Positions 24,101 to 36,400 of a stretch of DNA of 64,000 nt are shown in pieces. Source of the DNA: an uncultured Planctomycetaceae bacterium (GTDB lineage: Bacteria; Planctomycetota; Planctomycetia; Planctomycetales; Planctomycetaceae); assembly GCA_963815195.1 (NCBI GenBank), contig CAWFGE010000008.1, forward strand, positions 544,001 through 608,000, written 5' to 3'. The stretch's first letter is position 1; the number at the start of each line of letters is the position of its first letter. Under the pieces are notes generated by a model that was not told where the DNA came from, did no database searches, and worked only from the letters and a program-made list of their open reading frames with translations. Made by a program: the position numbers and the translations under genes.

Positions 24101-25143
24101 AGCGTGTGCAGCGACTGCCCGGAGCGGGCGTCGAAGATCACCGTAGCGTTGTTTTCGCTCGCGGCGAAATGCAAACCGTCGTCTGCGATCACTGCGGCAC
24201 CGATCGGAACGGGCCGAAAGATCGCCGGTTGTTTGGCCGTCCGCGAAAACTCGCGGGTTGCCGCCAACCGTTTGACGTTGCCCACGGAAACCGGTTCCGC
24301 ATTGTTTTGCGGGACGACGGCCGGCGGAGCGGTTTTCGGAGCGGGATCGACGGTCGCGACCGCGACGACCGGTTTGGGGGCCGGCTCCGAGTGGCGGTTC
24401 TCTGTTTTCGCGGAGGCTTGCTGTTCTTCGGGGACGGCTTCCCTTGACGACGGCCAAACGACGATCAACAGTCCGAGTGCCAACACCGCCGGAAGCCCGA
24501 CGATCAGCCCTTTTTGCAGAGGCGACCGGGCCTTCCACCAACTCGGGGGCGTTTCCCAAGGAATCTCGCCGGGCAGAAAACTCGCCGACGAATCCTGGGT
24601 CAAATTGCCGACTCGTTTGACCTTCTGCTTTGGCTTGCGTTGATCGTCCTTCGTCCAGACGGTGGAAGGCGGAGGGAGTTTCCGCTCGCCGGAGTCGGGG
24701 GCTGGCGGCAACGGCGGGAGCTCCGGTCCAGAAGGCTCCTCAACCGGCCGCTCGATTTCCACGGTGGGCACGTTGTTGCCGGCGACGTTGACCGTCGCCT
24801 CCGGCGGCAGCGTCAGCGAAATCTCCGGAGCGTTGTCGGCCGCAAGCCGGCGGTCATAGTCGGCCTTCTTGTCCGGATCGCTCAAACAGACCATCGCGGC
24901 CCCGACTTCCCGTTCGAGGCGCTTGACATCCTCGTAGTTCTCCGCGTTCTGCATCCGCTGGAGCAAATGGTTGCGGTTCATCGCCGCGGTCTTGATGACT
25001 TGAATGTCCTTCTCAAACCGCTCCACGCCCAGAAGCTGATACGCATCCGGCTGCACGACATCCGCGGGAAGCTTCAAATCCGCTGATAAACATTGACCCT
25101 GTCCGATGTTGCCATTGGCCCTGCTTTCGTTGATGTCTTTCAA
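21110..25143 (-). CDS. Large WD40-repeat protein with N-terminal J-like helical domain and one TM helix; apparent frameshift at the C-run near 22300; start uncertain
   Basis: DAYQLLGV...CLSDPDKKADYDRRL, Pro-rich linker, TM LIVGLPAVLALGLLIVVW, many GH/WD repeats across ORFs 22252-25143 and 21110-22651. Confidence 0.8.
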
Positions 25144-27433
25144 TTAGCGCGCGGCGGTGAGGCGGTCGACTTTTTGGCGTTCTTCGTCGACCTGCACTTC
25201 CGAGAGCGACGCTTTGCGTTCGATTTCCGCCCCGATGCGTTTTCCCTGGCAGTCGGCGGCGACTTGAATCCGGCCGTCTTTACTAAATCCGATTTGCAGC
25301 TCGACCGGCGTGCCTTTGGGCAGGTTTCGCGGCAGCGGCCCCAAAACGCACGTGCCCAACTGGTCGCAGCTCGTGCGGTCTTCCGAATCCCCCTCGGTGA
25401 CCCGCACCCGAATCTCTCGCAGATCGCGCCGGGTCGTGCGAAACAACTGCGTGCGCGACGTGGGCAATTCGGAATTGCGAGGGATCATCACCACGTTGAC
25501 GGGCTGCCCGTGCTTGACGGCATACACCCCCACGCCGTGCGAGTTGACCAACTGCAAATCGACGGTTTCCAAATCGTCCTCGGGTTCCTCGTCCTCGCCG
25601 GGCTTGATCTGCTCCACCACGAAGCCCGCGCTGTTCGGGCCGGGCAGCATGCGGGAACCCCCGACGGCTTGTTGAGGTTCGGCGGATCCTTGATGCTCAC
25701 CCGCTCCGCGAATCGCGCCCTGCGTCTCGATCACGCCCGCATAAACCGCCGCCCCAAGCGCGACCACCGTGCTCGGATCGATGTCCGTCCGCGGCGGTTT
25801 GCCGGCGATGCGGGTCAGCATGTTCTTGACCATCGGCATCATCGTGGAACCGCCGACCATCAGCACATCTTCCACGTCGTCCCAGGTCAGCTTCGCATCG
25901 CGGAGGCAGGTCTCGACCGTCAACTCCGTCATCGCCAGCATCGACGCCGTAAGGTCTTCGAACTTGTCCCGCGTGACTTCCACGCGATTCGCGCGGCCGG
26001 CGTGCGTGCAGAGCACCGCGGTTTTTCTGAGCGTGGAAAGCTGTATCTTCGCCTTCCGGCATTCGGCCATCAGGGCTTGCAGCGATTCGGTGGTTTCCTT
26101 GGGGTTCGATCCGTGCTCGGCGGCGAACTCGTCCGCGACGTAATCCACGAGCAGCCTGGTCCCAATCCAGCCCGCCCAATTCGCGGTTGCCGCCGGTGGC
26201 CAATTCCTTCACGCGGTTTTTGCTAACGGCCATCACCGTGACGTCGAACGTCCCGCCGCCCAGGTCATAGACGACGTAGTTCTTCGTGATGGGTTTTCCC
26301 TGGGCGTCGGTGCCTGCAAACGCCGAGTCGCTGTGGAGTCCGTAGGCGATGAGCGCGGCGCTCGGCTCGTTGAGGGTCGCTTCAACTTTCAGGCCGGCGA
26401 TCTCGCCGCATTGCACCGTCGCCGCCCGCCGTTTTTCGTTGAAGAATGCGGGCACGGTGATCACCACGCGGTCGATCGGCCCGACCGCCGGCGTCGCAAA
26501 CTGCACGAGCTTTTTGAGAATCAAGGCGGAAATCGCTTCCGCCGTCAGCATCTGCCCGCCCGCGTTAAACGTCTTGCGTTCCCCCAGCGACCTTTTGACG
26601 AACTGCACGACGTTGTCCGGTTCGGCATAGGCATTGTCGAGCGCGGTCTGCCCGATCAAGGCTTCGCCGTCTTCAAAAAACACCGCCGAGGGCATGATCG
26701 GCCGCTGCAGGTCTTCGGGGTTCGAGACCACTTGCGCTTTGCCTTGATGATCGACATAGGCAATCGCGGAATAGGTCGTCCCCAGGTCGATCCCCACGAT
26801 GGCAAATTTTCGCTTGAGCCCCGGCGAGATCCGCTCCGGCGCGGGGGGAGCGGCGGCCGGTCGCGTCGAAGGCGGCGGCAGAGGCGGTGCGGTCACGCGC
26901 TCTGGTCCGTGGAGTATGGCCGGTTCAATTTCTGCGACCGGCGTGATGCAGATGTTGCCGTCCAATTCCATAAAGTCTTCGATTTCCACGAGTTCGACGA
27001 CCTGCGGAGCACGGCGTTTGATTTCCGCGAAGACCTCGTCGATTCGCGCCCCGGCCACGCATTGCCGTTCCGAAAGCCAGTCCTGGAGGTCCTCATCGGA
27101 GAGGCTGCCATGTTCCGCCTCATACGCGTCGAACTCCGTGCAGATCCGGTCGATCACTGCGCCGTCGTATTGCAGCCAGCGTAGCGGATCGCCCAGGATT
27201 TTGCGGGCCTCCGCGAGCCGGCGGAGATATTCCTTGGCCCGCCGGCGGGCCGACGGGTCGTGATGCTGCTCGCATTGGAAGAAGTATTCCGTCGCCTGGT
27301 CGATCGCCTCCAGCAGCAATTCCCGCCGGGCCTCCAGACGCCGGCAATCGATCAACTCGTAGAAGTCGCGCGGCTCCTCGCCCTCTTTCAGCCATTTTTT
27401 CAGAACAGGCTCCACGGCTCGACTTTCCTGCAA
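25144..27433 (-). CDS. Hsp70-family protein with N-terminal J-like domain; apparent frameshift near 26155; start uncertain
   Basis: GIDLGTTYS, VITVPAFF, LNEPSAA, VYDLGGGTFD, LGGLDWD, LMVGGST; short beta substrate domain (IPRNSELP, VTEGD); N-terminal DFYELI...ILGDPLRWLQYD. Confidence 0.85.
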
Positions 27434-27823
27434 AAGACCGGGGGCGGCGAATCCACTGGCGGACCCGGCGACGAATGACTTCTCACCAAAGGATTGGGAT
27501 TTGGCGCGATCGCGTTACAGCCCTTCCCTGTTTCCCATCGTTTTTTTCACCGCCCGCCCGACGATACCGAAAAAAACGCGTCTCCCGCGGAGTCGGCGCG
27601 CACTTCTTCCCGCGTGACCGGGGAATCCCCTTTGTGAACAGATCTTAATGGTGGATTCGAGAATAGCGTCAACCCGGCGGAGATGCCAGTAAAATCCGGC
27701 GTTTCCCGCCTGCCATTTTTGTTCAGCATCAATTCCGGTGTTCGTCCGCCCAACAGAAACTCCGCCCCGCAGCGGGGCCGCGGGGCGGAGGAATGAGATT
27801 GAGACGTTTTGCAAAAGCCCGGT

Positions 27824-28276
27824 TCAGTCGCCGCAACCGACGTCGAGCGTAAATGCGCTCTGCATGATCCGGCGTTCATGCCGCAGGTGGGCGGTCCACA
27901 AATTCATCCACTCTTGGAGGTCTTGGCGGATTTCGAGGACCAAAAGCTCGAAGATGTCCGGGTGGTCCATTTGCAATCGCAGCTCGCCGAGCTTTTGGAA
28001 CAGGCTTTCCTTTTCGCTGGCCAAGTCCCCAATCAGCGGGGCCCAGTTGGGAAACTGCTCCAACACCGGCTGGAGATAGCCGCCTTCGGACTTAAGTTCC
28101 ATCTCGCGCGGCAGCGCTTCCAGGAGCGCATCGAGCACCGCTCCAATCCAATGGACGGTTTGCTCGTCCGGTTGGGGTTCTTCGAGGAGATCTCGCAAAT
28201 CTCCCAACAGAATGTATTCCAAGGCCACAAAATCGGCCAAAGAACTGTCGGGTTGTGTGTTTTCGGTAAAGCTCAT
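27824..28276 (-). CDS. Small helical protein, possibly hemerythrin-like
   Basis: ELKSEGGYL and HLRHERRIMQ resemble hemerythrin-fold motifs, but the His ligand set looks incomplete. Confidence 0.5.
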   Translation of the reverse strand: MSFTENTQPDSSLADFVALEYILLGDLRDLLEEPQPDEQTVHWIGAVLDALLEALPREMELKSEGGYLQPVLEQFPNWAPLIGDLASEKESLFQKLGELRLQMDHPDIFELLVLEIRQDLQEWMNLWTAHLRHERRIMQSAFTLDVGCGD

Positions 28277-28493
28277 GGGGAAAACTCCTTCAGCCCGCAG
28301 AAGCAAAAACCACTCCGTGCGGCGACTTGGCGCAGAAACCGCCCGCCTTCGAAAGTTGGAGAATCCAACTCCAAGGGAGATGTGATGTTGAGTATAGCGA
28401 GACGGGCCTCAAATTGTCAAAATAATTCTGGAATGCGCACGAATAAACGATTTATACATCATTTTTCGACAATGGCTCCCCCGCCTCCGAAGT

Positions 28494-29814
28494 TCAAACG
28501 TCCGGTAGCAGCCACGGGCGGCGGTATTCAGGCCGGCCTCGGAGGGCGTTGCCTTCTTGGTCATCAATGAATGTTTCCGTTTCGGGATCGAGCGTTAATG
28601 TCCGGCCGGTGCGGACGGCGATGTTTCCCGTGTGGCACAGCACCGAGGCGGGATGACCCACCGTCTCCAGATCGCAGGCCGGCTTCTTGCGGGTCTTGAT
28701 GCAGTCCAAGAAGTTCTCGACGTGCGGGCCTTCATCGCTGTCGCCACGGCCTTCTTTGACGAGTTGGTTCTTGGGACCGTAGGCTTTCCAGCCGTTGTTG
28801 CCGAGGAGGATGTAGCCCTTGTCTCCGAACACCGCCGCGCCTTCGGATTCTCCCAGATAAGAATAGGGATTCCAGAATCCGCAACTCGTAGGTCAGGAGT
28901 CGCGGCGTCCGGCTTTCGAACTCGTAGGTGACCTGCATGGTGTCGGGCCATTCCTGCATGTCGTCGAAATACCATTTGCCCCCGGTGGCGGCGATGGTTT
29001 TCGGCAACCCCACCGGCGGCTGGCCCTCGGCTTCGAGCGCGGCATTCAGCGCGGCCATGGCCATGTCCAACCGGTGCACGCCGTCGTTTCCCAGATCGCC
29101 CGTGCCGTAGTCGTAAAACCACCGCCAGCGCCCGTGGAACCGATTTGGATTGAAGGGTCGCAACGGGGCCGGCCCGAGCCACATGTCGTAATCGACTTCC
29201 TTGGGAGGCGTCCCGTCGGGCGGACGGCCAATGCTCCCCTGCCGGCTGCTTTCCCAAGCCTTGGCGACGAGGCATTTTCCGAGGGCCCCCGTGCGAATGT
29301 ATTCCAAGGCCGACTTCAGGCGGTCCGTGCTGCGGTGCTGCGAACCCATCTGCACGATCTTCTGGTGCTTCCGCATCGCCGCGACCATTCGCTGACCCTC
29401 GGCGATGTTGTGGCTGTCGGGTTTTTCCACGTACACGTCCTTGCCGGATTGAATCGCGAGAATCGTGGGGATCGCATGCCAATGGTCCGGAATGCCCACG
29501 ACGAGGGCGTCGAGTTTGGGATCGTCGATCAGCTTGCGAAAGTCCGCTTCCGTTCGCGGAGCATGCCCCTGGCGAGACCGCACGTCTTCGACCGCCTGCG
29601 GCAAACGGCGGGAGTCGAGGTCGGCAATCACCACCACGTCGCAGTGGGGATTGGAAGCGAACGTGCGATTGAGCGCGAGCGCCCGGCCGCCCGCTCCCAC
29701 CACACCCACTTGCACCCGCTCGCTGGCGGGGGCTTTCTCGGCGGCGCCGGCGATCACCGCCGCCATCGTCGTCAACCCGGTCGCGGATGATGCAAGAAAA
29801 TCTCTGCGATCCAT
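28494..29814 (-). CDS. Gfo/Idh/MocA oxidoreductase with Tat signal; apparent frameshift near 28875
   Basis: MDRRDFL, GAGGR, PDHWH, VYVEKP, NDGVHRLD; C-terminus HVENFLDCIKTR...YRRPWLLP in the second frame. Confidence 0.88.
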
Positions 29815-29941
29815 GATTCCCTCCCCTTCGATGAGTGGCGAAATTCCGGCGAAGCCCCATGATGCCAAGTCCGCCCGGAAAAATCGACCGCAAGGCACGA
29901 TTCGCTCCGCTTCGATCGTGCTCCGGTGGGGCGGGCGGGAA

Positions 29942-30841
29942 TTACGAGATCCTGTCAAATTGCCCATCTTCCGAAAAAAAGCCCAAGAGCAGTTCGTTCA
30001 CTCGCCGGCTTTCTTCGTGTTGCACCCAATGCGTGGCCTCGTCGATCAGGACCAGTCGGCCGTCGTCGCACAGGTCGAGGCTCGGCTCCACCATTTCCTT
30101 TCCAAGGAAGCGGTCTTTCGCTCCCCAGATTAAGAGCGTCGGCGTCCGGATGCGAGACGCGTTCGAAGCGGGCATCGGCGAACGCATCATCGCCCGATAC
30201 CAGTGGATCATCGACCGCATCGCTCCTGGTTGCGACCAGGCGCGGCGGTACTGCTCGAAATCCGTTTCGTCAAAAGTTCCGGGCCGGCTGCTGCGCTTTA
30301 AGCCCCGCACCAGCATTCGCCAGTTTCCCAATCCGGCGATTCTCTCGGGCAGCCAGGGAAGTTGGAAACACACGATGTACCAGCTTCGCAGCAACTGGCG
30401 AGGATTGGAGAATAGATGCCGGCGCATGACGTCGGGATGCGGACAGTTGAGAACGACGAGCCGCCGGACGTGATGGGGATAAGCCGCGGCCGTTTGCCAG
30501 GCGACCGCACCGCCCCAATCATGCCCGGCCAAATACGCCTGCTCGACGCCGGCCGCTTCAATCAGCCCGGCGACATCGGCGGCCAGCCGATCCAACCGAT
30601 AGTCCCCGACCGAACGGGGTTTTTCGCTGAGATTGTACCCCCGCTGATCGGGAACCCACACGCGAAACCCGGCTTCGGCCAGTGCCGGGATCTGAGCTTT
30701 CCAACCCGACCAGCATTCGGGAAAACCATGCAGCAGCAGAACCAGCGGCCCGTCGGGAGGCCCGGCCTTCGCCACGTGCAACCGCACGCCGTTGACGGCG
30801 ATTTCCGTGAAGTGCAGCGAATCGAATCGGTGTTGGGGCAT
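29942..30841 (-). CDS. Alpha/beta hydrolase, epoxide-hydrolase-like
   Basis: LLHGFPE, PDQRGYNLS, nucleophile GHDWGG, IWGAKD, HWVQHE. Confidence 0.9.
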   Translation of the reverse strand: MPQHRFDSLHFTEIAVNGVRLHVAKAGPPDGPLVLLLHGFPECWSGWKAQIPALAEAGFRVWVPDQRGYNLSEKPRSVGDYRLDRLAADVAGLIEAAGVEQAYLAGHDWGGAVAWQTAAAYPHHVRRLVVLNCPHPDVMRRHLFSNPRQLLRSWYIVCFQLPWLPERIAGLGNWRMLVRGLKRSSRPGTFDETDFEQYRRAWSQPGAMRSMIHWYRAMMRSPMPASNASRIRTPTLLIWGAKDRFLGKEMVEPSLDLCDDGRLVLIDEATHWVQHEESRRVNELLLGFFSEDGQFDRIS

Positions 30842-31308
30842 CAAGGCTCATTGTGACGGAATCGCGGCAGCGTGTCACCGTCGAAGGCGCCAATTGCGTC
30901 CATTGCCGGTTGGGTGGTCATTGATCGCCGTTGCCGCCGCCGACAGCGCGAGGAACACCCCCCGCCTCGACTTGTTCCTCAACCATCAGTTCCGCCAACT
31001 CCAATAAATGTTCTTCCGCTTCGTGCGAGCTTGTGTTTCGGCGTCCATGCCCGATCTCCTTCCTTCTGGTAAGATTCACAAGACCAATCACTCCCCGCAG
31101 TTGACCACAAAAACACCGAAAACTCCTATTGACGTTTTTCACCCCACCAATTGAAAAACAAAAGCTGAACTGGTCTCCGGATAGGGTTTCGGCGGCTTTG
31201 AGGCTTTTCGAGACGTGCATTTTTCGCTAGACTTTCTATCAACCCGGTGATACAAACTTTCCAGCCATCAACCCGTAGTAAACGCAAACCCAAGCGCAAA
31301 CAGGGTTT

Positions 31309-31396
31309 GGAGAGATGCCAGAGTGGCCGAATGGGCCGGTCTCGAAAACCGGTGTACCCTTCACGGGTACCGAGGGTTCGAATCCCTCTCTCTCCG
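31309..31396 (+). tRNA. tRNA-Ser(CGA)
   Basis: GGAGAGA/TCTCTCC acceptor, anticodon arm CCGGT-CTCGAAA-ACCGG, long variable arm GTACCC-TTCAC-GGGTAC, GAGGG-TTCGAAT-CCCTC. Confidence 0.96.
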
Positions 31397-31630
31397 CTTT
31401 GACACCCCACGCCAATCGACGCCACGAAGGGATAAGTGGCGTCGATTTCTTTACTTATGAAGTCGTCTTCATTCCCTTCGTCCGCTTCAATTGCCTCGGT
31501 CTGTTGGCTTTCGTTACTGCCAACCGCTGCCACCTCTGAGCCATTCAAAGCCAATTCCTGGGCACCAATTTGGGCACCATTTTTCTTGATGATTTTTTGA
31601 CTCTTTGATTTTGGCAAGGGCGGCAATTTG
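31397..31630 (-). pseudogene. Probable 3' tail remnant of a tyrosine integrase that read into tRNA-Ser
   Basis: Minus frame KLPPLP...GAQIGAQ... runs into the tRNA like the tail of the intact integrase (LLPAPP...GAEIGAE); TGGGCACCA occurs twice (31559, 31571); cut by IS3 at ~31631. Confidence 0.55.
31414..31456 (+). terminator. Hairpin terminator after tRNA-Ser
   Basis: AATCGACGCCAC / GTGGCGTCGATT 12-bp stem followed by TCTTTACTT. Confidence 0.65.
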
Positions 31631-32030
31631 TGGTGGACCCCGAAAACTGGACAGCCCAATAAGGTAGAATTTGCGATGTTCATTTGTCGCATTGGGAGGT
31701 TCCGATTATGACCAGGAAGCGTCGAGCTTTGGGGTCCGCGTTCAAAGCCAAGGTGGCGTTGGCGGCGGTCAAAGGGGATAGGACGACGGCTCAGTTGGCG
31801 TCGGAATTTGGCGTCCACACGAGCCAAGTCACGGCTTGGAAAAAGCAGTTGTTGTCGGGAGCCACTGAGTTGTTCACGGATGGCCGACGTAAGCGATCCG
31901 ACGATCAATCGGCCAATGAGCAAGAACTCTATGAACAAATCGGCCGGCTGAAAATGGAAGTCGAGTGGCTCAAAAAAAAGTCGCTGACGCTGGATTAAGC
32001 CACGAGGTTTTGCGGGCATGGATCGAACCG
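31631..32030 (+). mobile_element. IS3-family element, left part only (IRL, orfA 31708-31998, start of orfB)
   Basis: TGGTGGACCCCGAAAACTGGACA end; OrfA FKAKVALAA...LYEQIGRLKMEVEWLKKK; A8G slippery site at 31972-31980. Confidence 0.85.
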
Positions 32031-33460
32031 TGTAACGGCTCAGTTCGAACTGGAATTTCTGGCTGGTTGGGTTAGTCTATTCTTATGAGAGGACCGACCC
32101 ATGAGCAACAGCAAACGACGTCATTTTACGCCCGAGCAGAAAGCCGAGGTTGTCAGGCGGCATCTGTCGGGGAAGGAACCCGTCTCCAAACTCGCTGAGG
32201 AGCTTGGGGTGCAGCCGAGCCAGATTCATGCGTGGGTGAACCTGGTTCTGGCGCAGGCGGAGCGGGCATTCGAGAAGTCTCAGCAGAATGGACGCGCGCG
32301 GACGGACAAGGTCAAGGACCGCCGCATCGAACAGCTCGAAGGTAAGATCGCCGACAAGAACGAAGTGATCGCCGAGTTAATGGAGGCGAACGTTCGCGCA
32401 AAAAAAGAGCTTGGGGAACTCTAAAAGGAGGCTGGGTTCCCCACGACACGCGCGACGAGATCGTGGATTACATCACGTATTGGACGGACCGCGCCGAGAT
32501 TCCCGCCAAAACCCTTTTGGGTTGGCTGGAACTGGGCACGAGCAAGTACCACTCGTGGAAAGACCGCTACGGAAAAGCCAACGAGCACAACGGGAAGATT
32601 CCCCGGGATCATTGGCTGGAGGATTGGGAGAAGGCGGCGATCGTCGACTATTTTGACCAGCATCCCTTGGAAGGCTATCGCCGGCTGACGTTCATGATGC
32701 TCGATGATGACATCGTCGCCACAAGCCCGGCGACGGTGTATCGCGTGCTCAAAGCGAACCGGCGATTGGACCGCAGGAAGTTCTCGCCGTCCAAGAAAGG
32801 CACAGGCTTCGTGCAGCCCTTAAAACCCCACGAACACTGGCACATCGACGTGTCTTACATCAACGTGGAAGGCACGTTTTACTACCTGACCAGCGTCTTG
32901 GATGGCTGCAGCCGGGCCATTTTGCACTGGGACCTCAAGGAGTCGATGACCGAACAGGACGTGGAAGTTATTCTGCAAAAAGCGATCGAGACCTACCCCG
33001 GCGAATCGCCGCGGATCATCTCGGACAACGGGCCGCAGTTCATCGCGCGGGACTTCAAAGAGTTCATCCGCCTCGTGGGCGCCACACACGTGCGGACCAG
33101 TCCGTACTATCCCCAATCGAACGGCAAGATCGAACGTTGGCACGGAAGTTTGAAGTCCGAATGTATCCGGCCGAGTTGTCCGGCCAACGTCGAGGAAGCC
33201 CGGCGAAAGATTCAAAGCTATGTGGATCATTACAATAATGTGCGGCTGCATTCGGCCATCGGCTATGTGACGCCCGCCGATAAACTGGCGGGCATCGAAC
33301 AGGAGATCTTCACCGAACGCGACCGCAAGTTGGAAACCGCCCGAACGCGCCGTCAGGCCGCCCGGCAATTCGCGCGACAGGAGGTTGCTTGATGACAAGC
33401 CGCATGGCACAATCGAATGCGACCTGGGCGGAGGATACGGCTCTGCTGAGGAGCACCCGG
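32031..33460 (+). mobile_element. Second IS3-family element (orfA 32101-32424, orfB to 33392); right inverted repeat not found
   Basis: Starts TGTAACGGCTCAGTTCGAACTGGAA; OrfA RRHFTPEQKAEVV; A-run slippery site near 32400; OrfB DDE motifs WHIDVSY, ISDNGPQF, PQSNGKIERW. Confidence 0.88.
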
Positions 33461-33464
33461 GCGC

Positions 33465-36400
33465 CCGGTCGCCCACATCATCCAGCTCTGCACGCTGGTC
33501 TATCCGCAAAAGTACGGCAAGTCCGATCCGACCGCACGCGGCATGACCGGCCCCAAGAATGCCCAGGGAGAGACGACCTGGGGCGGACTGTCCGCTGAGG
33601 TTCGTTACTGGGGCAACTGGGTCCTCGACCGCGTTCGTAAGGAGATTGGCGACCTCTACCCGCCGATCCCAGATCCTGAAGTGTGGTCGACCCCGCCGGA
33701 GATTGAGTTTGATCGCCAGGCCAGCGCGTGGAACGTCGTCAAGGAAGGGAAGCTGAAGCGCGGCGTTCGACTCGAAGCGCCGGCAGTCCCTCGTTCGTTG
33801 CTGCCCGACAACGGGGACGACGAGACGGATGGCGAGGAGGCCAATGGCAGCGTGGATACCGGAGCGCCAGCACTGCCGCCTGGCTTTCTCCAGCCTGTCG
33901 CCTATCTCTGGACGCGGACCGTGCGCTGCAAAAACCCAGGATGTTCGGCAACCGTGCCGCTCGTCAAACAAACCTGGCTCTGCAAGAAGACTGATCGCAA
34001 CGTCGCCTTGAACATGATCGCCCCACGCGGCAAGAAGGCAGTGCGTTTCGACGTAGTCGAGAGTCAGCAAGAATCGAGTCTTGGCTTTGACCCATCGGCG
34101 TTCTCAAAAGCCGGCAATGCCACGTGCCCTTTTTGCGGTACTGTTGCAGACATCGAGTACGTAAAGAACGAAGGCTGGAATGGCAGAATGAGCCGACAGT
34201 TGATGGCGGTCGTCGGAACCAAGCATGGGCAAGTTGGGAAGCGCTATTTATCAGGCGATGAGTTCATCGAACTCAATCCTTCGGATAGTGATCTCGAGAA
34301 TGACATCCAATTGCTTGGAAACAGCCATGACCTGAGACCGCCAGAAGAACCTATCGCGAATCTTCCGGACGATGATCCACAGAACACGTTGGGGATCACG
34401 GTTCGCCCCTACGGAATGCGAAGATTCAAGGATCTCTTCTCGCTTCGGCAGCAACTCACTCTGCTTCGCTTCGCTGCTGCAACGAAAGATGCGCGTCATG
34501 AGATGGGATCGTGTGGTCTATCGTCGGACCAGAAAGCTGCGATAACTGCTGCGTTGGCCCTAGTTACTAGTCGGTTTTCAAATTTTTCCTCAACACTTTG
34601 CACGTGGTTTTACGACGGTGGTCGCGGCGTGAAGCACGTGTTTGCCCGCCAAGTTCTCACGATGGTTTGGGACTATGCGGAGACTAATCCGCTGTATCCG
34701 AAGGCTGCTAGTTGGCCAGCGTGTCTTGCGATTGTTGAGGCTGAGCTTTCTGGCCTTGCTCAACATTGGCCTTGTTCTGGTCAAGTCGGACGTGGCTCCG
34801 CGGCTCGCATCCCAAACAGCGATGAATCCTGTGATGTCGTGATCACTGATCCGCCTTACTACGATAACGTCCCCTATTCAAGCATCTCGGACTACTTCTA
34901 TGTCTGGCTGAAGAGAGTGGTTGGCGATTCGATGTCCGAGCACTTTTCAGGAAGCACTACTCCTAAGAAAGGGGAGATCGTTGCGGATGCACAACGGCAC
35001 GGTGGCGACCGGAATAAGGCCAACAATGAACCCGGATTATTCACCAAAAAAGCTGAAAAAAGAAGGAACCATCGCGTGACCCTGTGCGTTTAAGGGTTAT
35101 ATCTAATCCCGAAACCCTACGGAGGAAACACGCGATGGGTGAAGCTCAGACTAACGTTTTCGAGCCCGATTTCAATCGTTCCGTCAAGGTCAAGTCCGTC
35201 GATCAGCGGCTCACGTCACACGCCGGTGCCGTTCTCCTGCGGGACTTCGATCATCGGCTCGGACTCACCGAATCCCTTGCCGATCGACTGATCGATCCTC
35301 GCCGGCAAGACCGCGTCCGCTATCAAGGCGTCGAACTGCTGCGGGAAAGAATCTACGCCATGGCCCTGGGAGAGTCCGATCAGGATGATCTCGACCGGCT
35401 CGCCCATGATCCCGCCATGAAGATGGCCGCCTGGGACCGGCCCGGCGAAGAAGTGCTCAACCAACGCCTGGCCAGCCAGCCCACCCAATCCCGGCTCATC
35501 GATTGGCTGGCCGACTGCAAGACGAATCTCGAAGCCGTGCGGAGCGCCTTGTTCGACTGGATCCATCGGCACATCAAAAGCACCGGCGACAGCGACCGCC
35601 GCGTCCGCTACGCCACCATCGACATTGACAGTTTCCCAATGCAGGTTTATGGCCAGCAGCCGGGGGCCCGCTACAACGGTTACTACAAGGAGACCGTCTA
35701 TCATCCGCTGGTCGCTAGTTTCTCGGTCGGCGGCGACTACGATACGCGCGGGAAGGCCAGCGGCTGGGCAACGGCTTCATTCATGCCATCCTGCGGCAAG
35801 GCAGCGTGCATACGGCCAATGGCATCCGGCGGTTTATTCGCAACGTGGTCGGCAAGGCCCGGCAACTGGCGTGGAGCTTCGACCTCCGGATCGATGCGGG
35901 TTTCATCGCCGGCCCGGTGTTGGATGAGTTGACCGACGAAAACATCCGTTTTTGCGGGAGAATCAAGAAGAACAACGTGCTGGAAGAGATGGCCGCGCCC
36001 TATCTGACACGTCCCGTAGGCCGGCCGCCCAAAGGCGGATATGAGGACGTGATCGAACTCGGAAAGTACCAAGCCGAGGGCTGGCGTCATCCGCAGCGGG
36101 TGATTCTGGTCATCGTCGACAAGCCGGAGGCGAAGACGGGCCAACTGGCTCTGTTTCCGCGTTACTTCTTCCTGATCACAAACTGGACCGAGGAGCAACG
36201 CTCGGCGGATGAGGTGTTGTCGCACTACCGCAAGCGCGGCACGTTCGAGGACCGGCTGGGCGAATTCAACGCGGTGATTGGCTGCCGTCTTTCGTCATCG
36301 GTGTTTGCGGAGAACGAAGTGACGTTGCTGTTGGGCCTGCTGGCGTTCAACCTGGCGTCGATGCTGCGGATCGAGTTCGAGGACGAGTTGGGCGGTTGCT

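Noticed and set aside
31400..31410. att duplication of the tRNA-Arg 3' end (ACACCCC)
   Set aside because: Only 7 bp match 50793-50799, which is expected by chance.
31126..32019. 297-aa minus-strand ORF as a real gene
   Set aside because: It is a chimera of antisense IS3 orfA, the integrase-tail remnant and antisense tRNA-Ser.
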